Source: Vicinamibacteria bacterium (GTDB lineage: Bacteria > Acidobacteriota > Vicinamibacteria > Marinacidobacterales > Marinacidobacteraceae). From it: a stretch of 64,000 bases of DNA. The stretch lies in contig OZ219816.1 in the NCBI GenBank assembly GCA_964291235.2, positions 320,001-384,000 of the forward strand, in the 5' to 3' direction. A program made the position numbers and the translations under genes. The notes below the pieces were generated by a model. The model saw nothing but the letters and a program-made list of their open reading frames with translations. It searched no databases and was not told where the DNA came from. Below are positions 19,912 through 29,038 of this stretch, one piece after another. The number at the start of each line of letters is the position of its first letter. Position 1 is the stretch's first letter.

Positions 19912-20820
19912 ATGACCAAAACGACGCGCAACCCCTACTTCTCCGCGGCACTCGCCGCCCTCCTCGCCCTCACCCTCGCCTCCTCCGCCGCCACCCAGGA
20001 CACCCCCATGCCCGAGATGGTGGAAATCAAGGGCGGGGTCTTCTTCATGGGCTCGCAGGCCGGCCCGCCCCAGGAAAAGCCGATCCACGCCGTCCAGGTC
20101 TCCGACTTCTGGATGTCCAAGTACGAGGTGACCCACGCCGAGTTCGCCGCCTTCGTGGAGGACAGCGGCTACGTGACCGAGGCCGAAGAGTTCGGTACCG
20201 GCCGGATCCTCCGGGACGGCCGCTTCGTGTACGCCCCCGGCTTCACCTGGAAGGAACCCCACGGCCCCGGCTCGGAGGTCGCCGAACCCGACAAGTACCC
20301 CGTCGTCCAGGTGAGCTGGAACGACGGCGTGGCCTACACCCGCTGGCTGAGCCAGAAAACCGGGCAGGCCTATCGGCTACCGACCGAGGCCGAATGGGAG
20401 TACGCGTGCCGCGGCGGCACCCAGACGACCTACTGGTGGGGCGACGACTTCGATCCCACCAAGCTGAACAGCTCGGCGACCTGGCGGCAGGGAGACGCTC
20501 CCTGGCCGCGGGACGAGCACACCCTCATCACGCGCATCGACCAGTATCCGGCGAACCCCTTCGGCCTCCACGACATCGTCGGCAACAACTGGGAGTGGGT
20601 CCAGGACTACTCCGACGCGGACTACTACGCGGCGCAGGTGCGACGCCCGGAATCACCGGTGGTGGACCCCCAGGGACCCGCCTCCGGCCATGAGCGCGTC
20701 CTCCGTGGGGGCGGCTGGAACGGAACCGCCGCCCGGACGACCTGTTCCTTCCGCTTCCTCGCCGACCCGCCGGTGTACCGCAGCGATCACGTCAGCCTCC
20801 GGGTGGTCCGGAACCCCTGA
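19912..20820 (+). CDS. Secreted formylglycine-generating enzyme (FGE-sulfatase/SUMF1) family protein
   Basis: FFMGS, YEVT, PVVQVSWND, YRLPTEAEWEYACRGG, ANPFGLHDIVGNNWEW, RVLRGGGW. Confidence 0.92.
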   Translation: MTKTTRNPYFSAALAALLALTLASSAATQDTPMPEMVEIKGGVFFMGSQAGPPQEKPIHAVQVSDFWMSKYEVTHAEFAAFVEDSGYVTEAEEFGTGRILRDGRFVYAPGFTWKEPHGPGSEVAEPDKYPVVQVSWNDGVAYTRWLSQKTGQAYRLPTEAEWEYACRGGTQTTYWWGDDFDPTKLNSSATWRQGDAPWPRDEHTLITRIDQYPANPFGLHDIVGNNWEWVQDYSDADYYAAQVRRPESPVVDPQGPASGHERVLRGGGWNGTAARTTCSFRFLADPPVYRSDHVSLRVVRNP

Positions 20821-20999
20821 AACCATCGCCGGGCATCGCCGAGAAGGGAACGCCGGCGAATTTCGCGGTGCGGGCTTCACACCCGCACCCTCCGCCGGAC
20901 ACCGGCGAAACGCGAGTTCTTGATCTACCGGCCTCACCCGAATCACTGGCCGGAGCGGAGTTATCCTGTCGCTAGACCCTCCGATAGACGAATCCCGGC

Positions 21000-21344
21000 A
21001 TGCAACCTTCACTCGAGCTACATCCGGCGGAACAGGACTGGCTGGACAACTACCGAAAAGAACTCACAAAGCACCACCCCAATGCCGTGAGCAGCATGGT
21101 CATCTACGGCTCCAGGGCGCGTGGAGACGGAGGCGAAGACAGCGACCTCGACGTACTGCTGTTTGTCCGAAATGAAGCTTCCGGGCTGAAGAAGGCGCTC
21201 CGGCGGATCGGGTATCGGCTTTCCGCCGCTTCTTACGCGGTGCCGTCCATCCTCGCGTACACCGAGGACGAGTGGGAACATCGGAGACGCCTCCGCGCCC
21301 CGTTTCTGGAGGCTGTCGAGCGCGACGCCGTGAAGGTACTGTGA
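21000..21344 (+). CDS. Minimal nucleotidyltransferase (MNT, type VII TA antitoxin-like)
   Basis: IYGSRARGD..EDSDLDVL motif; 114 aa; lower GC than flanks. Confidence 0.88.
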   Translation: MQPSLELHPAEQDWLDNYRKELTKHHPNAVSSMVIYGSRARGDGGEDSDLDVLLFVRNEASGLKKALRRIGYRLSAASYAVPSILAYTEDEWEHRRRLRAPFLEAVERDAVKVL

Positions 21345-21370
21345 ATCTCCAGGCGGTCGCCGGTGAATGG

Positions 21371-21538
21371 TCTCCAGTGGTGGACCCCCAGGGACCCGCC
21401 TCCGGCCATGAGCGCGTCCTCCGGGGAGGCGGCTGGAACGGAACCGCTGCCCGCACGACCTGTTCCTTCCGCTTCCTCGCCGACCCGCCGGTGTACCGCA
21501 GCGATCACGTCAGCCTGCGGGTAGTCCGGAACCCCTGA
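21371..21538 (+). repeat. Duplicate of the last 168 nt of the FGE-sulfatase gene (20653-20820)
   Basis: Same 55 aa plus stop; 8 substitutions, all at synonymous third positions. Confidence 0.95.
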
Positions 21539-21598
21539 CGAGCGGGCGCCCGCCGGCGAGGGTCAGTGGGACGCGGCGCCGCCGCGCCGAAATGGCCC

Positions 21599-22384
21599 CT
21601 ACCGGGCGCAGGTGAGGTGCCGGCCGCCGTCAACCGGGATGGTGACCCCGGTGCAGAAGCCCGCATCGTCGGACAGCAGGAAGAGCGCGAGATCCGCAAC
21701 CTCCTCCGGCTTCCCGATGCGTCCGATGGGGTGGGTGGTCTTGGAGTGCTCCACGAAGGCCGCGTAGCGGTCGTCGTCGAGCCCCCCGGCGGTATGGAGT
21801 TCCGTGCGGGTAACTCCGGGGTTCACCGAGTTCACGCGAACCCCCTTCGCGGCGAGTTCGAGCGCCGAGCAGCGCGTCAACTGGTCGAGCGCCGACTTGC
21901 TCGAGTTGTAGGCCAGAACTCCCGGGAAGGAGCGGATCCCGTTCACGCTGGAGACGTTCACGATGCTCCCCTTCCCTTCGAGAAGATGGGGCACGGAGAG
22001 CCGCATCAGGTCGAAGACCGCCTCGACGTTCAGCGCGAACATCCGCTGCCAGGCGTCCAGCCCGGTGTTTTCGATGGTGCCGAAGGCGATCACCCCGGCG
22101 GAGTTCACCAGGTGGTCCAGCCCGCCGAAGCGCTGCACGGTTTCCTCGACCACCCGTGACCGGAAATCCGAATCCGTCACGTCCCCGGCGAGGGGCAGCG
22201 CCGCCCCGCCCGCCACCTCGATTTCACGGGCGAGTGCTCCGAGACGTTCGGGACGGCGCGCGGTCACGGTGACCTTCGCGCCCTCGGCGCCCAGCGCCAA
22301 CGCGGTGGCCCGCCCGATCCCGCTGGAGGCCCCGGTCACGATGGCGACCTTGTTCTGAAAGCGTTTCTGCGCGCGATTCGGCAC
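21599..22384 (-). CDS. SDR family oxidoreductase
   Basis: TGASSGIG, NVSS, YNSSK, VNPG, VDGG. Confidence 0.93.
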   Translation of the reverse strand: MPNRAQKRFQNKVAIVTGASSGIGRATALALGAEGAKVTVTARRPERLGALAREIEVAGGAALPLAGDVTDSDFRSRVVEETVQRFGGLDHLVNSAGVIAFGTIENTGLDAWQRMFALNVEAVFDLMRLSVPHLLEGKGSIVNVSSVNGIRSFPGVLAYNSSKSALDQLTRCSALELAAKGVRVNSVNPGVTRTELHTAGGLDDDRYAAFVEHSKTTHPIGRIGKPEEVADLALFLLSDDAGFCTGVTIPVDGGRHLTCAR

Positions 22385-22480
22385 CGTTGTTCTCCTCTGG
22401 CTGGAAGCGGCGGCTCGGCGCCGCTCGCTGGACTTTCCCAAACCCCGGGCGGGAGACTATCGCCGCCAGGCAGCGATTTC

Positions 22481-23437
22481 GTGCCCGAATATCCCGACGT
22501 AGAGCTCTACCGGTCCGCGGTCGAGGCCCGGATCGTGGGCGCGCGGCTGACCGGCTTCCGGATTGCCTCCCCGCATCTCCTGGCCTCGGTGGAGACGCCT
22601 CCCGAAGCCCTGGTCGGAAGTCTTGCCACCGGCATCCGCCGGATCGGAAAGCAGCTCGTCATGGAATTCGAGGAGGGCCTCTTCTGCGCCGTCCATCTGG
22701 CGGTGGCGGGACGTTTCCACTGGACGGAGGGCTTGGGTCGCGGCAAGCCGGTTCGGCTCTCACCCCGCGGCAACCTCGCGGTGTGGACCTTCGAAGCCGG
22801 CCCGGCGGGCGGCGGACACCTGCGGCTGGTGGAGCGAAGTCCGAAAAAGCGCGCCTCGATCCGCGTCGGACGGGGAGAGGCGCAGCTTCGGGCGCTCGAT
22901 CGCGGCGGGCTGGAAATCCCCGGCTCCACCCGGGACGAATTCGCGGCCCGGCTCGCCGGTCTGACCAGCACCATCAAGCGCGCGCTCACCGAGCCGGCTC
23001 GTTTCGCGGGCATCGGGAACGCCTACTCCGACGAGATCCTGCATCGCGCCCGGCTTTCGCCCTCGAAGCGCGCCGGAAACCTCGGCGAGGACGAGCTGGA
23101 TCGTCTCCACAACGCCGCGAAGGGGGTGCTCACCCAGTGGGCGGCCCGCCTTCAGGACGAATGCGGAAGCGCTTTTCCCACCGGCGTCACCGCCTTCCGC
23201 GACGGCATGGCGGTCCACGGCCGATTCGGCCAGCCCTGTCCGGATTGCGGGTCCCCGGTCCAACGGGTGCGCCGCGCCGAAAACGAGTTCAACTACTGCG
23301 CGACCTGCCAGACCGGGGGGCGATTGCTGGCCGACCGGGCGATGTCGCGGCTGTTGCGGAAAAAGTACCCGCGGACGCTCAAGGCGGCCGAGGAGCGGCG
23401 GCGGCGGTTGGGCTCGCACGAGCCCCCGCCGGACTGA
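22481..23437 (+). CDS. Fpg/Nei family DNA glycosylase
   Basis: N-terminal PE, H2TH GIGNAYSDEILH, zinc finger CPDC...CATCQ. Confidence 0.9.
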   Translation: MPEYPDVELYRSAVEARIVGARLTGFRIASPHLLASVETPPEALVGSLATGIRRIGKQLVMEFEEGLFCAVHLAVAGRFHWTEGLGRGKPVRLSPRGNLAVWTFEAGPAGGGHLRLVERSPKKRASIRVGRGEAQLRALDRGGLEIPGSTRDEFAARLAGLTSTIKRALTEPARFAGIGNAYSDEILHRARLSPSKRAGNLGEDELDRLHNAAKGVLTQWAARLQDECGSAFPTGVTAFRDGMAVHGRFGQPCPDCGSPVQRVRRAENEFNYCATCQTGGRLLADRAMSRLLRKKYPRTLKAAEERRRRLGSHEPPPD

Positions 23438-23485
23438 CGACCCGCGGGTTCGTTTCCCTGCGGGCCGCCAGCCGCGCAAATCCCC

Positions 23486-24976
23486 TCAGGGTGATTCCGG
23501 CAAGAAGTCCACTGTCAGCGTCATGCGGATGGGGAGGGGCTCGCCGTCCACAAGCGCGGGCTCGTACCGCCACTCACGGACCGCGGCGACCGCCGCCTCG
23601 TCGAGAAGCGGCACCGAATGCAGCACCTCGACGTCGGTCACCGCACCGGTCGCGCTGATCGTTGCCTCCAGGACGACGACGCCGTGAACGCCGGCCGCCA
23701 ATGCCTCAGGGGGGTAGACCGGTAGAACGCCGTGGACCCTCTTGGGGGGTGTAGGGGTCCCCTCCCTGGTCCTGATCGAGTCCACCGAGCGGCCGGCGCC
23801 CGGGTCGGACTCATCAAGCGTCGCGCGCAGCTCGACGAGGACGTCCTCCAACTGCGCCTGGAGGTCGGCGGCCCTGCGGACGAGTTCCTCGACACGCTCG
23901 CGCAACGGTTCCGTTCGCTGCTCTTGCTCGACCGGACTACCGATCGATTCGCCGCGGCCCGCCGCGGAAACGGGCCCGACCTGCAGGCCGGCGAAGAGGA
24001 TCGATGCCAGCGCGAGCACGCTCAGGCTTCCGAAGCGCGCCAGGCGCGTCATCGGATGCCGGTTGGTGTGGGAATTCAACATGACGGACAACCTCCGTTT
24101 GAGATGTGACGGACGCGCCATTGCCGGTGCCGGCAACCACGTCCGTCGGTTCTTGCGAATTTCTCTTGCGAGTTCGATGAGGTGCGTGGCACAGGTGGTG
24201 GGGGGAACACCCTGAGCCAGCACGAAGTCGTCGGCCGCGTGCTCGCTCTCGCGACGGAGCTGTCCACGCACCGACCAGGCCAAGGGGTTGAACCACCAGA
24301 GGCAGCGCAGCGCCTCGGCCGCCATGAGCAGCATCCAGTCGCCCCGGCGCGCGTGTGCGAGCTCGTGCAACAGCACGACGCGCATGCGCTCCGCCGGCCA
24401 CTCGGACGCCGACGCCGGGAGCATGACGACCGGCCGCCGCCAGCCCCAGGTCGCCACCAGCCCCAGCCGCGGACCCAGCAGGAGGTCAATGTCCCGTTTC
24501 AGGCCGCAGGACTGCGCAAGGTCGGTGCACAACCGACGCCACGGCCCTTCCGTGAGTCGGTTCGACGAGACACGAAGCCATCGCAGTCTCGCGAGCCCGA
24601 CCAGGAGCACAGCGGTGCTCGCGACCGCGCCCACCAGCCAGATCGTCACGGCCAACCAGCCGACCACGGGGTCGCTCGCGAGCGCCACCACGGCGGCCAG
24701 AAAACCGTCGAGTGGAAAACCGGCTGGCTGCGACGCAACAGCCGCTCCGAACAAACTGACATCCACCCGCTCTGCGAATGGGACGCCGAGGCGCAGCCGG
24801 AGCGCCTGGATCGGAAGGACGTGGAGCGCGGGCACGGTGAGCGCCGACACGACACCGACCGCCAGCACCCAGTGTCTTGCGGAGGCGGAGCTCTTGCGAA
24901 GACAGAGGGCGCCGATCAGCGTCAGTAGCAGGATGGCCGACACCTTGATCGTCAACGCGGCCAGCAGGCTAGTCAC
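23486..24976 (-). CDS. M56 (BlaR1-like) metallopeptidase fused to TonB C-terminal domain
   Basis: HELAH, WWFNPL, EHAADD; C-terminal PVYPPEA..GVVVLEATIS..LDEAAVAAVREWRYEP; GTG overlaps the BlaI stop. Confidence 0.9.
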   Translation of the reverse strand: MTSLLAALTIKVSAILLLTLIGALCLRKSSASARHWVLAVGVVSALTVPALHVLPIQALRLRLGVPFAERVDVSLFGAAVASQPAGFPLDGFLAAVVALASDPVVGWLAVTIWLVGAVASTAVLLVGLARLRWLRVSSNRLTEGPWRRLCTDLAQSCGLKRDIDLLLGPRLGLVATWGWRRPVVMLPASASEWPAERMRVVLLHELAHARRGDWMLLMAAEALRCLWWFNPLAWSVRGQLRRESEHAADDFVLAQGVPPTTCATHLIELAREIRKNRRTWLPAPAMARPSHLKRRLSVMLNSHTNRHPMTRLARFGSLSVLALASILFAGLQVGPVSAAGRGESIGSPVEQEQRTEPLRERVEELVRRAADLQAQLEDVLVELRATLDESDPGAGRSVDSIRTREGTPTPPKRVHGVLPVYPPEALAAGVHGVVVLEATISATGAVTDVEVLHSVPLLDEAAVAAVREWRYEPALVDGEPLPIRMTLTVDFLPESP

Positions 24977-25460
24977 TGTCTCCCCCGTCGCCACTCGTGT
25001 CGTTTCCAACCGGCCCACCGCCGGGGGGTGCGCCGGCGGCATGACCGGGATCCCGCTGCGCTGCTTTCGCGTCGGCAACGAACTGTGCGATCCGGTCGAG
25101 TTCCGGTTCCGTCAGATGCTTCGCCTCGCCGCCGAGCAATGCGGCCACCGCCTGTTCGGCAGACCCCTCGAAAAATGTCCCGACGAGATGCCGCAACGCT
25201 GATCGGCGCGCCGCCCGACGCGTTGACACCGGGCGATAGACGTACCTCAACCCTTGCTCCTCGTGGCGCACGTACCCCTTTTGCTCAAGGATGCGGAGTT
25301 GTGTGCGGACCGTCGACAAGCTCGGACTGCCGGGCAACTCCTTCCGGACGACCGCGGCCGCGGCGCGGCCGAGCCGGAACAGGATGTCCATGATCTGTCG
25401 CTCCCGACGCGACAAGTGGCTGTGCCACGATCCTTCGATGCGCATGAGAGTTCGACCCAT
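24969..25460 (-). CDS. BlaI/MecI/CopY family transcriptional repressor
   Basis: LSRRERQIMDIL, STVRTQLRILEQKGYV, TFFEGS; GGAGG RBS. Confidence 0.92.
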   Translation of the reverse strand: MGRTLMRIEGSWHSHLSRRERQIMDILFRLGRAAAAVVRKELPGSPSLSTVRTQLRILEQKGYVRHEEQGLRYVYRPVSTRRAARRSALRHLVGTFFEGSAEQAVAALLGGEAKHLTEPELDRIAQFVADAKAAQRDPGHAAGAPPGGGPVGNDTSGDGGDSD

Positions 25461-25482
25461 TGCAACCTCCGCCGGTCTTGGA

Positions 25483-25520
25483 GTGTTATTTTTATAACAC
25501 ATCCGCTACTAAATTAGCAC
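25483..25520. promoter_or_regulatory. Two tandem palindromes, candidate BlaI-family operators
   Basis: GTGTTA-TTTTTA-TAACAC and CCGCTA-CTAAAT-TAGCAC in an AT-rich patch just upstream of the repressor. Confidence 0.6.
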
Positions 25521-25694
25521 CTGCAATCCTGACCCATGCGAACGCCTCAGGATCCGCGGATGCGGCCGAGGGGCGGCGGCGGCGTCTCAAGGTCCCGGAT
25601 CAGCTCGCCCGAGAAGGACCGTGTCGCCCGAAGACATGTTCTCGCGCATCCAGCCGCAACCGACTAGTCTCACGATTACCAACAGACGGAGATC

Positions 25695-25955
25695 ACTGCA
25701 AACAAACACTGGCAAGCTTCCGCGGCAGGGGCTCGATTCGCCGATCTGTTGAACGCGGTGCAGGCTCAGGGAGTTCAGATCATCACCACGGAGGTTGCCG
25801 AGATTGCGGTCGTTGTGTCGATGGAAGGCTGGCGGACTCTGATGCGGCGGAATAGACCGAACTTGAAGACCCTCTTGCTCGATCCTGAGGCGCGCACCGA
25901 TGCCCTCACGCCGGAGCGGCGGCGGTGCTGGTGTCGTCGAGAGCCCCACCGTTAG
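25695..25955 (+). pseudogene. Phd/YefM family antitoxin, orphan and degenerate
   Basis: HWQASAAGARFADLLNAVQAQGVQIITT..EIAVVVSMEGW..RPNLKTLLL. RBS present but no clear ATG; no toxin follows. Confidence 0.65.
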
Positions 25956-25970
25956 CTAGCCCGGCTACTG

Positions 25971-26553
25971 GGGTTTCCGCCGAGAGGGGAGCCATGCCGA
26001 CGGGTGGGGTCTGGGCCGACGCGGGCCTGCGGCCCGCTGTGCCGACCTGGAGGTCGGCGTTCCCGTGCCGGTGCGCCACCAGGGCTAATGGGATTCCTCC
26101 GAGAGGGGAGCCATGCCGACGGGTGGGGTCTGGGCCGACGCGGGCCTGCGGCCCGCTGTGCCGACCTGGAGGTCGGCGTTCCCGTGCCGGTGCGCCACCA
26201 GGGCTAATGGGATTCCTCCGAGAGGGGAACCATGCCGACGGGTGGGGTCCGTGCCGACGCGGGCCTGCGGCCCGCTGTGCCGACCTGGAGGTCGGCGTTC
26301 CCGTGCCGGTGCGCCACCAGGGCTAATGGGATTCCTCCGAGAGGGGAACCATGCCGACGGGTGGGGTCCGTGCCGACGCGGGCCTGCGGCCCGCTGTGCC
26401 GACCTGGAGGTCGGCGTTCCCTTGCCGGTGCACCACCAGGGCTAATGGGATTCCTCCGACAGGGGAACCATGCCGACGGGTGGGGTCTGCGCCGACGCGG
26501 GCCTGCGGCCCGCTGTGCCGACCTGGAGGTCGGCGTTCCCGTGCCGGTGCGCC
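25971..26553 (-). repeat. Tandem array of five 119-bp REP-like units (reverse orientation)
   Basis: GCGGGCCTGCGGCCCGCTGTGCCGACCTGGAGGTCGGCGTTCCC every 119 bp; homologous to the 19.2-kb units. Confidence 0.95.
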
Positions 26554-26592
26554 CCCGTGCCGGAGTACCGGCGGTCCCTTCCGGAGTAGCGC

Positions 26593-27381
26593 TCAGCCGA
26601 CCTCCGGCTCGACGCGGATGCCTATCAGGCGGCCGGTGTGGCCCACCGCGGCGGCCGCGGCGGTGATTCCCCAGAAGTAGCCCGGGATGGCGCCGATCAG
26701 GCACAGGAGGATGGTGAGGTCCGAGACGATCGCGAACAGGATCAGGGTGAGCAGCAGCACAACGTAGGTGCCCAGACTCCCGCGAATCCACGCGAGGTTG
26801 TCGCTCAGCCGGAAGGCGGCGCCAAACCGGCCGGTCGCCGCCAGTTGCATGATCCCGGCGGGGATCAGCGCCTTGGCGAACAGCGCCGCGAACACCAGGA
26901 AGAAAACCGAAGTGATGCTGCCCACAATCGAGGTCACCACCACCGCGGGAGAACCCATGGACTGCCCGATTGCCGCCCAGAGCACCCCGATGCCCAGCAG
27001 CAGAAGTCCCATCGCGATGGCCACCAGCGAGTATCCGAGGATCACGCCCACCGCCTTGAGTCCGTCAACCAGCAGGCCGCCGAAATCGTCCCAGTCGGGC
27101 ATCGGATGCTCGTCGCCGCGCATGGTTCCGCGCGCGGTCCGCACGCCGAAACCGAGCAGCGCGAACAGCCCGAGGCCGAGCAGCGGGATGAGCAGGACCA
27201 TGAGGCTGCCGATCATGAACTTCGACAGCGCCCTGGGGTCCCGGAAGGCGAAACCGAACAGGTAGCCGATGTCGAATCTCCCGGATGCCGCCGGAGGGGC
27301 CGGGGGCTCGGCCGGCGGCGGCGGCGGCGGTGGCGGCGGCGCCTGCTCGCCGGTGGACGGAACTGGTTGGTTTTCGGTCAT
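26593..27381 (-). CDS. DUF4013-like membrane protein (paralog 3)
   Basis: [29 protein letters not shown]; multi-TM. Confidence 0.8.
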   Translation of the reverse strand: MTENQPVPSTGEQAPPPPPPPPPAEPPAPPAASGRFDIGYLFGFAFRDPRALSKFMIGSLMVLLIPLLGLGLFALLGFGVRTARGTMRGDEHPMPDWDDFGGLLVDGLKAVGVILGYSLVAIAMGLLLLGIGVLWAAIGQSMGSPAVVVTSIVGSITSVFFLVFAALFAKALIPAGIMQLAATGRFGAAFRLSDNLAWIRGSLGTYVVLLLTLILFAIVSDLTILLCLIGAIPGYFWGITAAAAAVGHTGRLIGIRVEPEVG

Positions 27382-27424
27382 CGTTGTCCTTCCCGGAACG
27401 CCGGGCTCGTCTCCCTTCCCTGCA

Positions 27425-28138
27425 TCAAGCTAACGAAGACGGTTCGGGATGGTTCTCGCCGCGCGGCTCGAGGCCCATTCCGCGAGCGACGCGCCCGATC
27501 GCGATTCCGGCGGCGGCGTAGCCCCAGAAGAGGCCCGGAATGAGCCCGATCCCGCAGAGCGCGGCACTGGCGGTCGTCAGCACTTCGATCAGGATCACGA
27601 TCAACAGGAACACGACGTAGGTGCCGAGGTGGGCCTGGACGAGCCGCAGGTTGTCCTGGATCCGGAACGCGGACCCGAGTTCGCCGGTGGCGACCATCTG
27701 CGCCAGCGCAACCGGCAAGAGGACGAGGGCGAGCAGGCTCAACACCACCGTCAAGGGACCGAGCACCAGGTCCGCGAGGGTCCCCACCAGGGGAATGAAG
27801 GCGACAACGCCGACCACGATGGTCAATACGAGCACCGGCAGGAGATAGCCCAGAACCACCCCGATCACCCGGAGCCCGTCCCCGAGCAACCCGCCGAGAT
27901 CCTCCCACTCCGGCATCGGGTGCTGTTCGCCCCGGCCGGCGCGCTGCGCCGTCCGGAACGAATACCCGAGCAGGGCGAGCAACCCGAGACCGAAGAGCGG
28001 AATGCAAAGGACCGCGAGACAGCCGGCCAGGAATTTGGGCAAGGCCCGGGGATCCCGGAAGGGACCGCCGAGGATGTCGCCGAGGTCGAGGGTTCCGGCC
28101 GGGGGCGCTCCGGTCGGGGCGGATTGTTCTTCAGTCAT
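27425..28138 (-). CDS. DUF4013-like membrane protein (paralog 2)
   Basis: GPFRDPRALPKF, HPMPEWEDLGGLLGDGLR. Confidence 0.8.
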   Translation of the reverse strand: MTEEQSAPTGAPPAGTLDLGDILGGPFRDPRALPKFLAGCLAVLCIPLFGLGLLALLGYSFRTAQRAGRGEQHPMPEWEDLGGLLGDGLRVIGVVLGYLLPVLVLTIVVGVVAFIPLVGTLADLVLGPLTVVLSLLALVLLPVALAQMVATGELGSAFRIQDNLRLVQAHLGTYVVFLLIVILIEVLTTASAALCGIGLIPGLFWGYAAAGIAIGRVARGMGLEPRGENHPEPSSLA

Positions 28139-28159
28139 TGTGTTCACCTGTAACGGCGA

Positions 28160-28990
28160 TCAGTCCGCTGCGGTTTCCACCTCGACCCCCATGATGCGCC
28201 CGGCCTGTCCGATCGCGCCCCCGGAAGCCGTCACCACCCAGAAAAGCGCGGGCACCACACCCACGAGGAACAGCGACACGCTGGCGCTCAGGAGGATCGC
28301 GAAGAGGACGAGGATCAAAAGGAGCAGGATGTAGGTCCCCGGGTGGGCCCGCACCCGCCGGCAGTTCCGGACCCAGGCGAGGGCCGGCCGGATCCGCCCG
28401 GTTGCAGCCAACTGCATCAGCCCGGCGGGGAGGAGCGCCTTCGCGAAGCCGGCCAGCAGCAGCACGAACCAGCCGGTGACCACCACCCCGAAAACGCCGG
28501 CAGCTCCGAGAACGCCGGATGCCGCGATCGGAACCGCAACCTCGGGAAGGACTTGCCCGAACAGGCTGGGGGCGACCCCGCCCTCCGCGGCGCCGTACAC
28601 CCCGGCGAAGATCCCACCCACAACCCCGGCGGCCACCAGTCCCATCAGGACGCTCACCAGGAAGATCGCTCCCCCCACGATGGCGACGGCGGCGCCGTAA
28701 ACGAGCCCCACGGCCACCGCCCGGAGGCCGTCCCCGAGTTGGCTGGCCCACTGGTCCCAGCCGGGCATCGGATGTTCGTCGCCCCGCAGGGCGCCCCGGG
28801 CGGTCTGGACGCCGAACCCGGCCAACAGCAAGAGCCCGAGCCCGAAGAAAGGGATCAGCAGCACCGCCAGGCAGCCGATCCCCCACTTGCGAAATGCCCG
28901 TGGATCGCGGAAGGCGAACCCGAAGAGGGAGCCAAGATCGAGGCGCTCCGAAGGCGCCTCGACCGAAACGGTTGCGTCCTGGTTTGTCAT
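28160..28990 (-). CDS. DUF4013-like membrane protein (paralog 1)
   Basis: [26 protein letters not shown]. Confidence 0.8.
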   Translation of the reverse strand: MTNQDATVSVEAPSERLDLGSLFGFAFRDPRAFRKWGIGCLAVLLIPFFGLGLLLLAGFGVQTARGALRGDEHPMPGWDQWASQLGDGLRAVAVGLVYGAAVAIVGGAIFLVSVLMGLVAAGVVGGIFAGVYGAAEGGVAPSLFGQVLPEVAVPIAASGVLGAAGVFGVVVTGWFVLLLAGFAKALLPAGLMQLAATGRIRPALAWVRNCRRVRAHPGTYILLLLILVLFAILLSASVSLFLVGVVPALFWVVTASGGAIGQAGRIMGVEVETAAD

Positions 28991-29038
28991 GGTGCTCCGA
29001 AACCTCCGGGCGGCTATCCTTTAGCGCCTTTCGCGCCG

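Noticed and set aside
19358-19915. Repetitive ORFs across the arrays (e.g. GNAGLQAGTARRRR, CADLEVGVP)
   Set aside because: They are translations of non-coding GC-rich repeats, open in several frames on both strands.
19912-21538. Diversity-generating retroelement (FGE/C-type-lectin C-terminus plus a nearby near-copy looks like VR/TR)
   Set aside because: Differences are all synonymous and not adenine-specific (t/g, c/t, g/c), AAC codons are unchanged, and there is no reverse transcriptase in the window.
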